Origin: Mobula birostris
Taxonomy: Eukaryota
Assembly (NCBI RefSeq): GCF_030028105.1
Contig: NC_092402.1
Coordinates: 64,839,110-64,903,109, forward strand
Length of the DNA stretch: 64,000 nucleotides
Direction of reading: 5' to 3'
The translations under genes and the position numbers were made by a program. Below, piece by piece: positions 1 to 13,000 of this stretch. Below the pieces are notes generated by a model that saw only the letters and a program-made list of their open reading frames with translations, ran no database searches and was not told the DNA's origin. Numbering within the stretch: position 1 is the stretch's first letter; the number at the start of each line of letters is the position of its first letter.

Positions 1-165
1 TCATCCAGGCTGAGAGGTTAATTGGCCACTGCAAATTGCCTCTGGTGTGTGGGTGAATGGTAGAATTTGGGGAGTTGGTAGATCAGAGGGAGAGTGGGAT
101 TAATGTAGAGTTAGTGTAAATAGGTGGCTGATGATCAGTGTGACCTTTTTCCATGCACTGTATAT
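1..165 (+). mobile_element. 3' part of a V-SINE-like repeat
   Basis: AGGTTAATTGGCCACTGCAAATTGCC matches the same block in the SINE at 47875-48140. Confidence 0.55.
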
Positions 166-707
166 GAGGGCAGTACTGCGGTGGGAAACCAGAAGGAGGT
201 CGAGTTGATCATGGCTAGTGTCGTGGAGTTGGCAGGAATACTGCTGCTGCTGCTTCTTCGACTGCGACTTGAAATGGTTATTACCGTTTTCCTAGTGACT
301 GTGCTTGGTCTGATTTAGATAGTTGCTTGGGATACATGAAAATCTCGACTTCCAAGTTTTTGCAGGCAACATTTTAGTGCTGCAAAGTTGTTTCTTTTTG
401 GCCATCTTCTTCCTATTAACAGTTGCAATGACAAGTACTACTTGAATGATACTTTATCCAACTGAACCGTTGGAATAGAAGGCATTAAATATTTGGTGTG
501 GGTGGCAAAATAAATCAGTTGAGTTATCATGATTGGAAAATAGTTTCTTGGTAAGCAATGAATGGTGACTGATTTTAATTATAACTTTGGTATGTGACCA
601 CTAAGAATTTGGCCTTGACTTCAAGTATGCTGGAGGCAGAACTACATTCCACACTTCTAAACGAAAGGCTCTTCCTGACAAACGTGCCATGCAACTTGTT
701 TTCAGTC

Positions 708-714
708 TATAAAA
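708..714 (+). promoter_or_regulatory. TATA box of gene 1
   Basis: TATAAAA ~80 nt upstream of the ATG. Confidence 0.65.
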
Positions 715-788
715 CACCATGCACACTTGTAAATCTTAACTTTTTAGCTTTGAGCTGACCTGAACAAGCACCTCTAGAGAAAACCAAA

Positions 789-1046
789 ATGCAGTCCACA
801 AAGCAGACTGAGCACATCACCGGCAGCCGAGCAAGCTACAGCCGTTCTTCCAGCTCTGAATCTACTAGGACCACAGTTTCAAGTATGAAGACAATGGAGC
901 GAGTTAGTTCCCCATCTTACCAAACTGTCATCAGCACTTCCACTACTTCCACTCAGGATATTGACCCGCTTATCCAAGCAATTCGCCGAGAAGAAAAAGA
1001 ACAGATTAAGACACTCAACAATCGTTTTGCTGGCTTCATTACCAAG
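789..1046 (+). CDS. Gene 1 exon 1 (head + start of coil 1A)
   Basis: ATG at 789; [29 protein letters not shown]; donor AAG|GTAATA. Confidence 0.93.
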
Positions 1047-4000
1047 GTAATAAATAATTAAAGTCTTTTACAGAAATATGGCTGAAAATAATAATAATAC
1101 TAACTTTATTTATATAGCACCTTTCATACATTAAAATGCAGGTTCAAAGATTGTAAAAATAAATCAATGCAGTCATAAAAACCAGAGACAAAATTAAAAA
1201 TCATAAGACAAACATTATATAGAATAAAATGTAATCAAATATTCCAAATTATATAAATGTAATCAACATCAGCAGGTATTAAGTAATCCTATAATAGGCC
1301 AATTAAAAAGTAGGCTTTTAGAAGTGTTTTGAAACACTCCACAGAACTAAACTGGCAATACCTCAGTCAGTAGAGTATTCGAGATTTTTGGTGCATAAGA
1401 GCAAACGGCTGCATAACCTGTTCTTATATGTCTTTATGCTTGGCCCTAGGAACATTAAGCAAGCTAGTATTTGTGGATCTAAGATTACAATTGGGGATGT
1501 AAGGGGATAGACACTCCAAAATATACAGAGGAACTAGTTTATTCAGAGCCTTATATGCGATTAACAGTATTTTAAAATTGATCCTAAAGGACACAGGCAG
1601 CCAGGTGTAATGATGCCAAAACCGACAATGAACTTTCTTTTAGAGAAATGGCTACTTTCGGGTGAAAGGATTTTACTGCTTCGAATCCGTTAGGAATGTG
1701 GAATTGTTTCTTTCTTCCAATGTTATCAGAGCTTTGCTTTCTGATTGTTTTGGTATTCTCCAACAACCCCTCACCTCTCCCCACCTGTCCCTTGAATCCT
1801 TCCAGGTTCGTTACCTTGAGCAACAAAACAAAGTTTTGGAGACCAAATGGTCTCTCTTGCAGCAGCAGGGAGGCTACAGTTCCAACATTGAGGATATGTA
1901 CAAGGCATACATCAATGCCCTGACCCAACAGCTGGAAACCTTTAACCAAGACAAGTTACGATTGGACAGTGAGTTAGACCAGATGCACAAGACGGTGACT
2001 GGTCTCAAAATCCAGTATGTATCAAATATCAAGTTATCTTTAAGTGTCTGCTCTCATTATGTGAAAGATGTAAACCATGGAATCAAAACAGTTTGCAGCA
2101 TTGAAAGAGGTCACCCAGCCGTTGTAGTTGTATTTGCTCTTTGATAAGCAATCCCAATTTCTCTCTTCACTACCCATATCACCTACTTTCACTGTTTTCC
2201 CACTCTTTCTTAAACAGAGAGAAATGCCTCTTACTAACGTTTTCCCCTGATTCACCCAACTCCCTGAAAGGTATCTCTAGCTACAGTCTTATCTCCTTAA
2301 GAAGCAGAATATGATTAGGGATGGTCAGCATGGATTTGTCAAGGGCAGGTCGTGCCTTATGAGCCTGATTGAATACTTTGAGGATGTAACAAAACACATT
2401 GATGAAGGTAGAACAGTAGATGTAGTGTATATGCATCTCAGTAAGGCATTTGATAAGGTTCCCCATGCCAGGCTCCTTCAGAATGTAAGCAGGCATGGGG
2501 TCCAAGGAGACCTTGCTTTGTGGATCAAGAATTGGCTTGCCCACAGAAGGCAAAGTGTGGTTGTGGATGGTTCATATTCTGCATGGAGGACGGTGACCAA
2601 TGGTGTTCTGCAGGGATCTGTTCTGGGACCCCTCCTCTTTGTGATTTTTATAAATGACCTGGATGAAGAAGTAGAAGGGTGAGTTAGTAAGTTTGCTGAT
2701 GACACAAAGTTGGGGGTGTTGTGGACAGTCTGGAGGAGAGTCAAAGGTTACAGCGGGACATTGATAGGATGCAGAACTGGGCTGAGAAGTGGCAGATGGA
2801 GTTCAACCCAGGTAAGTGTGAAGTGGTTCATTTTTGAAGGTCAAATTTGAAGGCAGAATATAATGTTAAGGGTGTGGAGGATCAGAGAGATCTTGGGGTC
2901 CATGTCCTAGGACACTCAAAGCTGCTGTGCAGGTTGACAGTGTTGTTAAGAAGGCGTATGGTGTGTTGGCCTTCATCAGTCGTGGGATTGAATTCAACAG
3001 CCATGAGTTAATGTTACAGTTATACAAGACCTTGGTCAGACTCCACTTGGAGTACTGTGTTCAGTTCTGGTCACCTCACTACAGGAAGGATGTGGAAACC
3101 ATAGAAAGGGTGCAGAGGAGATTTACAAGGATGTTGCCTGGATTGGGGAGCATGCCCTATGAGAATAGGTTGAATGAACTTGGCCTTTTCTCCTTGGATG
3201 AAGGGAGGATGAGAGGTGACCTGATAGAGGTGTAGAAGAAGATGAGAGACATTGATCAGGTGGATAGCCAGAGGCTTTTTCCCCAGGGTTGAAATGGTTA
3301 ACATGAGGGGGCATAGTTTTAAGGTGTTTGGAAGTAGGTACAGAGGGAATGTCTGGGATAAGTTTTTCACACAGAGAGTGGTGGGTGCGTGGAATGCACT
3401 GCCAGCAGTGGTGGTGGAAGCCAATACAACAGGGTCTTTTAAGAGACTCTTAGGTACATGGAGCTTAGGAAAATAGAGGGCTATGTGGTAGGGATATTCT
3501 GGGCAGTTTCTAGAGTAGGTTACATAGTCAGCACAACATTGTGGGCTGAAGGGCCTGTAATATGCTGCAGATGTCTATGTTCCTTCCCAAGCCCAATGGT
3601 CCAGTAGTCAACTGTGTTATTTCTATAAAGTTCAAGGTTCAGAAACATGATGTGCCCACATTACTCTCTGATCAGCTCAGCTCAGTTGGTGCATGCTCTT
3701 TTTTAAGCAACAGATGCAGTTTGATGTTTGTATTGTGATGAAAGGGGTTTCTAAGTGCTTCTTAGCAAGCTGTGCAACATACTGTAAGCTCAATATGCTA
3801 TTGCAATGGTTTGGAAGTCATCTCTGGGTTATCAGTTTTGGTTTCAAACTTGCTACAGTATTAATGCAACCTGGTGGAAAATTCAGATTTAGAAAGCTGT
3901 TGCTTGTCATGTTAACAAATGACCAATCGTCCATTCATACTCTTGCTCCTGTGTGTAGATAGAAATGGGGCTATTAATATAATTCAGAATTGCTGTTAAA

Positions 4001-7000
4001 AATTTGGCAGTAGTAACTGCAGTGTGCTGACAGGCACAAAAGTGCGTCAGATTATTTTAAATTATGGTTTATTCTACTTCTTTAAAACATAATTTTGGCT
4101 ACAAAATAGTTTCTGGAAGAAAAGGTACACTTCATTTAAAGGGAAATATGAAAATATCCTTTCTGCTTGGGCAATAACATAATATACAGGAGGAATATGA
4201 AGGTGAGGTGTAGCAAGAAAAGATGTATCACAACACACAAATACTTTCAGTATGTACACTCCCTGCTCCCATTGTTCTCTGGAAGAAAGTATCTGTTGTG
4301 AATTTTCCACCTCCCTTATGACTGCACTTGGCAGACTAAATACGTCCGGGTTTTATTCAATGTTCTTTTTCACATGTTTCTATATTTAAACTAGGACCCT
4401 TTATAGGGGGATGGACAATATTGAGAGAGCTGCTGCATAATGTACAATGCAGGCTAGTTGGAGAAAACATTACAGATATTGTGTTCTCAGGGCTCTTGCA
4501 CAATAAGCTGATATGCCCAGAACCCCCTTAACTGATGACTAGAGCATTGGTAATAGCTGTTAAAGAAGCATATTAAAAGCTCCTCCATGTTAGCACACAT
4601 GCAGGTATGTAAAATGGTGTAGATCACTCGTCTGAGTGTTACTGGTACCATGTAACCCAGTACTACCTGTCGCACGGTCGGGTGGTCGGCGACTAAACCG
4701 GCTCCCCCGCCAGGCTTGCCTGGTGAGGGGTGTGGCTAGACACCCTGCAGGACGACAAACAAGACCCGTTAAAGGGCGGATGAACCCTCTCGTAGGGTCA
4801 ACGGCCATCTAGCAAACACGTGCCGTGAAGCTCGGAAAGGGCATCCCTTGCATCGAATCTTGGTCTAGCCATTCACTGCAACAGAACTTCCCCCAGCCGT
4901 CTTGGACCCCACCATGCTGCTGGATCCAGGAGGGGATGTCGAGAGGGTGGGTCTGGACCTGTGCAACCCCCTACTCACCTAAAATCCATTCATGCACACG
5001 CTATTCCTTTCTGAGGAGTGGGGTATAAACCCCACTAACTGACTGAAAGGAACCATCATCATCCTATGGGATGGATAGCCAGAGAGAGAAGCTTTTATGA
5101 AAATAGTTTTTACTAGTTTAAAGAGAATTTTTTTATGTGTTTCCCAATATATTAACATCGAAACATAGAAACATAGAAAATAGGTGCAGGAGTAGGCCAT
5201 TCAGCCCTTCGAGCCTGCACCACCATTCAGTAGGATCATGGCTGATCATCCAACTCAGAACCCTGTACCTGCCTTCCCTCCATACCCCCTGATCCCTTTA
5301 GCCACAAGGGCCATATCTAACTCCCTCTTAAATACAGCCAATGAACTGGCCTCAACTGTTTCCTGTGGCAGAGAATTCCACAGATTCACCACTCTCTGTG
5401 TGAAGAAGTTTTTCCTCATCTCCGTCCTAAAAGGCTTCCCCTTTATCCTCAAACTGTGACCCCTCGTTCTGGACTTCCCCAGCATCGGGAACAATCTTCC
5501 TGCATCTAGCCTGTCCAATCCCTTTAGGATTTTATACGTTTCAATAAGATCCTCCCTCAATTTTCTAAATTCCAGAGAGTATAAGCCTAGTCGATCCAGT
5601 CTTTCATCATATGAAAGTCCTGCCATCCCAGGAATCAATCTGGTGAACCTTCTTTGTACTCCCTCTATGGCAAGGATGTCTTTCCTCAGATTAGGGGACC
5701 AAAACTACACACAATACTCCAGGTGTGGTCTCACCAAGGCCTTGTACAACTGCAGTAGTACCTCCCTGCTCCTGTACTCGAATCCTCTCGCTATAAATGC
5801 CAGCATACCATTTGCCTTTTTCTCATTCCCAATTGTCTGATCTACAAAGGAAATAATAATTTAATGTAGGTACTCTTCACTGAGGCCTAGTTGAGGGCAT
5901 TTCTTGCCTTTGACTCATGGATTTAAACATCACACTGGGAGTTTCAGCATATCTAACCTGAGGTCTTGCTTCACTTTTAATGGGATGCCTTTTAGATAGG
6001 ATGTTAAATTGAATCAGTTTTAAAGGAATGTTACAGGATAATACCCACCAGTGAATATGAAACCTCAGGCACAAGAAAATCTGCAGATGCTGGAAATCCA
6101 GAGCAACACATTCAAAATGCTAGAGGAACTGAGCAAGCCAGGCAACATCTATGGAAAAGAGTACATAGTCGACATTTCAAGCCCCCAGAATCCATCTTCT
6201 TTCCGTTTCGATATTATAAGTTGGCAATGAGAAACCAGTCAAACAGCTAATGCTACATCAGCCTTCTGCAAATGCTTGATAGTTTAATAACATTTATGTC
6301 ATCTCTGACTCTAAATTGTCTTGACTAGGGCTCCAAAAAGGTCTTGCTTTCCTCATATATTCGCACATTTTTAAGATCTGTGGTTTACATTTATATACAC
6401 TCGATTACACCTGTACACCTGCCCTTTAATGCAAACATCTAATCAGCCAATCATGCAGCAGTAATTCAATGCATAAAAGCATGCAGACATGGTCAAAGAT
6501 TCATTTGCTGCTCAGACCAAACATCGGAAATGGGGAAGAAATGCGATCTAAGTGACTTTGACCGTGGAATTCTTGTTGGTACAAGACGGGGTGGTTTGAC
6601 TATCTCAGACACTGCTGATCTCTTAGGATTTTCAAATAGAGCAGTCCCTAGAGTTTACAGAGAATGGTGCAAAAAAACTGGAAAACATCCAGTGCGGAGC
6701 AGTTCTGTGGGTGAAAATGTTTTATTGATGAGAACGGACAGGGAAGAACAGCCAGACTGGTTCAAGCTGACGGGAAGGCGACGGTAACTCAAATAAACAT
6801 GCATTATAACAGTGGTGTGCAAAAGAGCATACGTCGAGCCAAAGTGGATGGGCTACAGCAGCAGAAGCCTACAAACTTACACTCAGTGGCCACTTTATTA
6901 GATACAGGACATAACAAATAAAATGGCCAACGAGTGTATTTCTTCATAGCATAGAAGGAGACAATTCAGCACATTAAGTCTATGTGGTTCACAGAGCATC

Positions 7001-10000
7001 CCTGCGACCTCCGTTCATTTATTTACACCCCTGCAAACTATTCTCCAGCATATGCACAATAACAGCCCCAATTATCCTACTTCCCACATACCAAAGGGTA
7101 AAGCACAGTAGCCACTGCTATCAAAACTAATATCCTAGTTCATAAGAGGGTAATCTGATTGTTTGGGTTCCTTTTGTTGTCTATTGTACAGACCTTGGGC
7201 TGCTTTTGGCATTCCCATAGCCCTGTTTGTTCTTCTGTAACGAAGAAACAGGCAATGGATTAATACTGCTTTAGGATATTATTAACTTTCTCACTGAAAC
7301 ATTCTAAAGATATGTCGCATTTTGCTATCATAAAAATTGAAGTCATGTATATCCCAAGCTATCCTTTCTTCTATCTCACACTAATGAATCGTGGTAGCTC
7401 AAGTTCCCATGGCAAGGCAGAAACTTGTAAGAGAGTGTGTCTCAAATACATGTTATTGTAGGATTGATGTTAGCACATTTTCCGGGAAATAAAATTCCTT
7501 TTACTTTTATAAAAGGTATGAAGATGAGATGAATAATCGTGCAGGGATGGAGAATGATTTTGTCACTTTGAAGAAGGTATGTTCTTCAATGATTGTTTTC
7601 ATACAATGAAAAATAATCTTTACACTCCTGTGCTAAAATTGAATATGTCCTTGTTCAGAGGGTCGATGATTCATATCTGACAAAACATCAGCTTGCGGAT
7701 TCACTCGATGGACTTATCAGTGAGCTCGACTTCCTGAAACAGGTCTATGAAGAGGTAACATTATAGAGTTTTTACTGGCATTATATAACAATAAAATAGT
7801 GATAATATAACAATATAATAACAGTTATTCAAACATATATAGGCTTTTTTTTGTCAAATCACTAATAATGGTTACTCCGAAGACATTTCATCCAGCTTTT
7901 CTTACCAACTATAGTAGACAACATTCAAAATATGATTTCTAACATCATAAAATGATGAAAATCTAATATAAAATTACCTGGTGTAACTTTGAGTATCTTT
8001 GTCAATGCTTCTTTTATAAACCTAGGCTGAGATATTTTCTCCTAAGATCAATCATTGTGATTATGTACAGAATTACCAATAACAGCTCAATGTGAAATTC
8101 CTAGAATGCCACAGTCTGTGCAGTTGCCACACGAAAAACGCAGAGTGCAATAACTGAAACCATATTTCTTTCAAGGGATTTATGACATTATCAAGTGGGT
8201 AGAAAACAAGATGCAGGAATGTTTGTGAAGCTATTTTATTGTAAAAATTCGCAGGAAGGTTGCTGCCGTGTGACTACTTACTCTTAACACAGGACAATAC
8301 ACAATAGGTGCACGAGTAGGCCATTCGGCCCTTCAAGCCAGTGCCACCACTCACTGTGATCATGGCTGATCATCCACAATCATCCCATTCCTGCCTTCTC
8401 CCGTGTAACCGTGTAAGCGGAACAAGTGCTACACGTGCCCTTACACTTCCTCCCTTACCACCATTCAGGGCCCCAAACAGTCCTTCCAGGTGAGGCGACA
8501 TTTTACCTGTGAGTCGGCTGGGGTGATATACTGTGTCCGGTGCTCCCGATGTTGCCTTCTATATATTGGCGAGACCCAACGCAGACTGGGAGATCGTTTT
8601 GCTGAACACCTACGCTCTGTCCGCCAGAGAAAGCAGGATCTCCCAGTGGCCACACATTTTAATTCCACATCCCATTCCCATTCTGACATGTCTATCCACG
8701 GCCTCCTCTACTGTAAAGATGAAGCCACACTCAGGTTGGAGGAACAACACCTTATATTCCATCTGGGTAGCCTCCAACCTGATGGCATGAACATTGACTT
8801 CTCTAACTTCCGCTAATGCCCCACCTCCCCCTCGTACCCCATCTGTTACTTATTTTTATACACACATTCTTTCTCTCTCTCTCCTTTTTCTCCCACTGTC
8901 CCTCTGAATATACCCCTTGCCCATCCTCTGGGTCCCCCCCCCTTGTCTTTCTCCCCGGACCTCCTGTCCCATGATCCTCTCATATCCTTTTTGCCTATCA
9001 CCTGTCCAGCTCTTGGCTCCATCCCTCCCCCTCCTGTCTTCTCCTATCATTTGGATCTCCCCCTCCCCCTCCCACTTTCAAACCTCTTACTAACTCTTCC
9101 TTCAGTTAGTCTTGACGAAGGGTCTCGGCCTGAAACGTCGACTGCACCTCTTCCTAGAGATGCTGCCTGGCCTGCTGCGTTCACCAGCAACTTTGATGTG
9201 TGTTGCCTGCCTTCTCCCCATATCCCTTGACTCCATTTGGTGCATTGCACGCATGCAGATTGAACAAAACAGGACTTAACTTGGTTTTTAACTGTAATTT
9301 AAAAACAGCCCTTGTTTGTGTTTATTTACTTAATTGTACCTGTTACGGAAAATGAAGATTTATGGAAATTCTCAATAACTAATCAAAAACATTTGCTTCA
9401 GTTTTCAAATACTTTCCAAATACTTTCACTGAGGCCTTCTTTACATGGCACAGTCTATTTTTCTCTTGCACATTGCTTCCTTTCATGAAATGGATCTGGA
9501 TTCTCAATCTCCCATAATTTTCCACTTTTTTCTGTTTTCGTTCCTGAGGGGATTTTCAGCTTGGTGCTAGCTCAAGTAAGAGGTCATCCCATGTGTCCTA
9601 GGAATGAGATTCACCTAGCTTTCTTTTGGTACAGAAGGCCTCTTCAGAATTAATCTAATATTGAAAGGTTAGCACTTACACTGAGGGGGTCAGCGAATAG
9701 TCCTCGTGAGGAAACATTGACCCAAATAAATAAATAATGAGATCAGTCCAATTAAATGTAAAGGCCCGTCTACTTAGATACATGTTGGCCACAGCGACCA
9801 GGCATTATAGTTATTTTGTTTATTTTCAAGTCCCTAATGAATTTATTTTTCTTTCAATGATACCTAAGGAAATCCACGAACTGCATTCACAAATCAAGGA
9901 TGTTGCTGTCACTGTTGAACTTAATAACTACCGTGAGCTGGACCTTCAGGAACTTGTTGCTAACATGAAGGAGCAATACGAACTGTTGGCATCTAAGGGT

Positions 10001-13000
10001 CGTAACGAGGTTCAGGCTGTGTACAAATCCAAGGTAAAGAAATACATCTCTTGTAATTTAAGAAGTTAATTGGGAAGCAGGTGAATTTATATAGTCTTGG
10101 GAGGTTAGCCCATCATTCACAAATAAATGCAGTTTATAAGGAAAGAAAGGGATGCATTATGGGCCCCTAGCTGGAAAATGTTCTGTTCCACTGCATTGGG
10201 ATGTTTATAAAATGAGCTTAAAATTTGCAAAGAAAAATAGCTAAATACATCTGGTATGAAGTTATTGGAGATGATTTTCCAAGCATAATCTCCAACCTTT
10301 TCTTAACTCCAATTTTGGATAACTGATATCCAAAGATCTTTGTGATGTTACCTCTCATGAGATTGGCCTTAACCTCCTCAATTATTGCGCTTATTTTATT
10401 TTATTTTCCAGTGGGTTCATTCTAAAGATGTGGACACTATTGATAAGGCTATTGTATAGTATTTATTTCTAATTGCCTCCTGAGAAGGTGGTGAGAAAAA
10501 AAATCTTTACATTGCTGCAGTCCTTGTGAGGATGGTACCTCCTCCTCAGGAGTTCTGTTGTATGAGGGATGTTAGGCTTTTGATGCAGGGACCATGAAGG
10601 AGCAGTAATGAAATTCCTAGTTAGGAATGTGCGTGATTGGCAGGTGTACATGGAGGAGGTGGCATTCCTATGCTCCTGCTCCACTCCTTCATTAATTTGG
10701 TAGTTGCTGTTGATTGCAGCTCCATAACTGACAGATCAAATCAACCGTCTGATTCCCTCTTGTCTCACAATTTTCCCTTCTCTGATATTGCTTCCATTTC
10801 AGTACAATCAACTCTCCCAGTCTGCTGGGAAATATGATGATGAACTGCGTGTCCTCAAGAGTGACATTACAGACACGGTCAGGAGAATCACAAAAATCAA
10901 TACTGAAGTAGAAACCCTTAAGAACCAGGTAATGACATCAACACTGATCACTACCAAACATTTTCTGCTCCTTTTCTAATTGATTTTCCTCCCTCTTAAT
11001 GCCAGACAGGGTAAATACCCTCTGGAACTGCCACCAGTCTATCATTCTTCTTGTTCACCAATAGTACTGGATTTGTATAAAATTAATCTCAAATCACTTA
11101 TGCCTGTGCAGTCAATAGGCTTGCTCGACAGAGAGACACAAGAGACTGCAGATGCTGGAATCTGAAGCAACAGTCAATCTACTGGAAAAACTCACTGGGT
11201 TGACCAACTCCTGGAAGCAGGAGAGAAAGGAATTGTCAACATTTCTGACACCTGGCCTAATGCAGAGTTCTGACCCTAAATGTAGACAATTCCATTCTGC
11301 CTATAGACACTGATCAATTCATTGTTCCTCCAGCAGATTGATTGTTGATTGACAGGGAATTATCCAATCATCTCCACTCCAGATGGGAGTAGCATCAAAT
11401 AGTATGTGCAGCCTTTAGCAAACACAAGTCATTCAAAACCAGCTCTGCCTATTGGTGCACATTGTGTCAAAAGCAGTTTTGTCGACCCCTCGCCCTAAAA
11501 GGACATTGTGACCAGTTTACTGACCGAAGCCCCAGAGGCCAAGTAAGGCAAGGCAAGGTAATCTGTCCCATGGTGCCACATTAATAACATTCTTAAGAAC
11601 TGGAAAAATTTTGTTGCCAACCTCTAACCCAACTGGCATAATAAATTCTGGAGGATGATTCTGGACAATTTGAATCTCTGTGATTGTACTTATGGTGGGA
11701 TGTTGAGATCGGTTTCAGGTACAGTCTTGGCCAGGGAAGTAATTCAGTCCTCATTTTAAAGTTGAGTATTCCGCCCAATATTTGTCTATTTAGTAAATTA
11801 ATTGAATTTCTATGATCTGGGAGCCTTCAGGTTCAATTCACTGGAAAGTTTATATTTTCAGTACGCATTTCTTAAGAGATTGGAGTAGACTTTGCTCTGA
11901 TCTGGGCTACCTGTGAGCATGCCCATACATAATCCCAGATTCTACCCCGACTCAACACATACAAAGTATTAGAGGAACTCAGCAAGTTAGGTTCCAGCTA
12001 AGGAGGGGAATAAGCAGTCGATGTTTCAGGCTGAGACCCTTCATCAGGACTTGAAAGGAAGTGAGCAGAATCTAAAATAAAAAAGTGAGGGGAGGGAGCG
12101 TAGTACAAGCTGGCAGGTGATAGATAGGACAAGGTGGGTAAGAAAGTAAGAAACTGGGAGGTGATAGGTAAAAAAGGTGAAGGGCTGAAAAAAAAGGAAT
12201 CTGATAGGAGACGATTGTGGACCATGGAAGATGGGGAAGGAGGAGGGGATCCAGAGGGAGGTGATGGGCGGATGAGAAGAGAAATGGTGAGAGGTTAACT
12301 AGACTGGGGAATGGAAAAAGAGAGAAGGAAGGAGGGGAAGCAAAATCACTGGAAGCTGGGGAGAAAGGTGTTCATGCCATCAGGTTGGAGGCTACCCAGA
12401 CGGAATATGACGGAACTTGAGTTTGACCTCATCATGATAGTAGAGGGTACCATGGGCAGATGTCAGAATGAGAATGGGAAGTCAAATTGAAATGTTAGCC
12501 AACAGGAGATCCTGCCTTTTGTGGCGGATAGAGTGAAGGTGCTCAACAAAGCAGTCCTCCAAACTGCACTGGTCTCACCAATGCAGAGGAGGCCCCACTA
12601 GGAGCAGCAGATACAGAAGATGACCGCGACAGACTCACAGTTGAATTGTGACCTCACCTGCAAAGACCGTTTGGGGCCCTGAATGGTGGTGAAGGGGGAG
12701 GTGTAGGGGCAGGTGTAGCATGTGTCATGCCTGCAGGGGTAAGTGACAGGAGGGAGATCAGTGGGGAGGGCCAAGTGGACGAGAGTCATGTAGAGAGTGA
12801 TCCTAAGTGGTAGGATTCTGTTGGAGATGGTGGAGGCTATAGAGAACGATGTGCTGGATATGGAGTGGATCCCCTCCCATGAGAGGTCTGCCTCATTCTC
12901 TCCTCATCAGTGCAACTCAACATCATTGATTCCTTACTGGTCTAAGCATGGAAGCTGACAACTTCAGTACTAAACAGAGATAGTGACTAGCAGTCAAACA

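Noticed and set aside
124-330. Hydrophobic 64-aa ORF on +, and a Ser-rich minus-strand frame (VTRKTVITISSRSRRSSSSS) that vaguely resembles a keratin tail
   Set aside because: The plus ORF starts at GTG inside a SINE remnant. The minus frame has no polypyrimidine tract and no upstream exons.
7511-7521. AAG|GTATGA at the exon 3 acceptor looks like a dual or recursive splice site
   Set aside because: It follows from the conserved (K/Q)YEDE coding sequence of type II keratin exon 3; there is no independent evidence.
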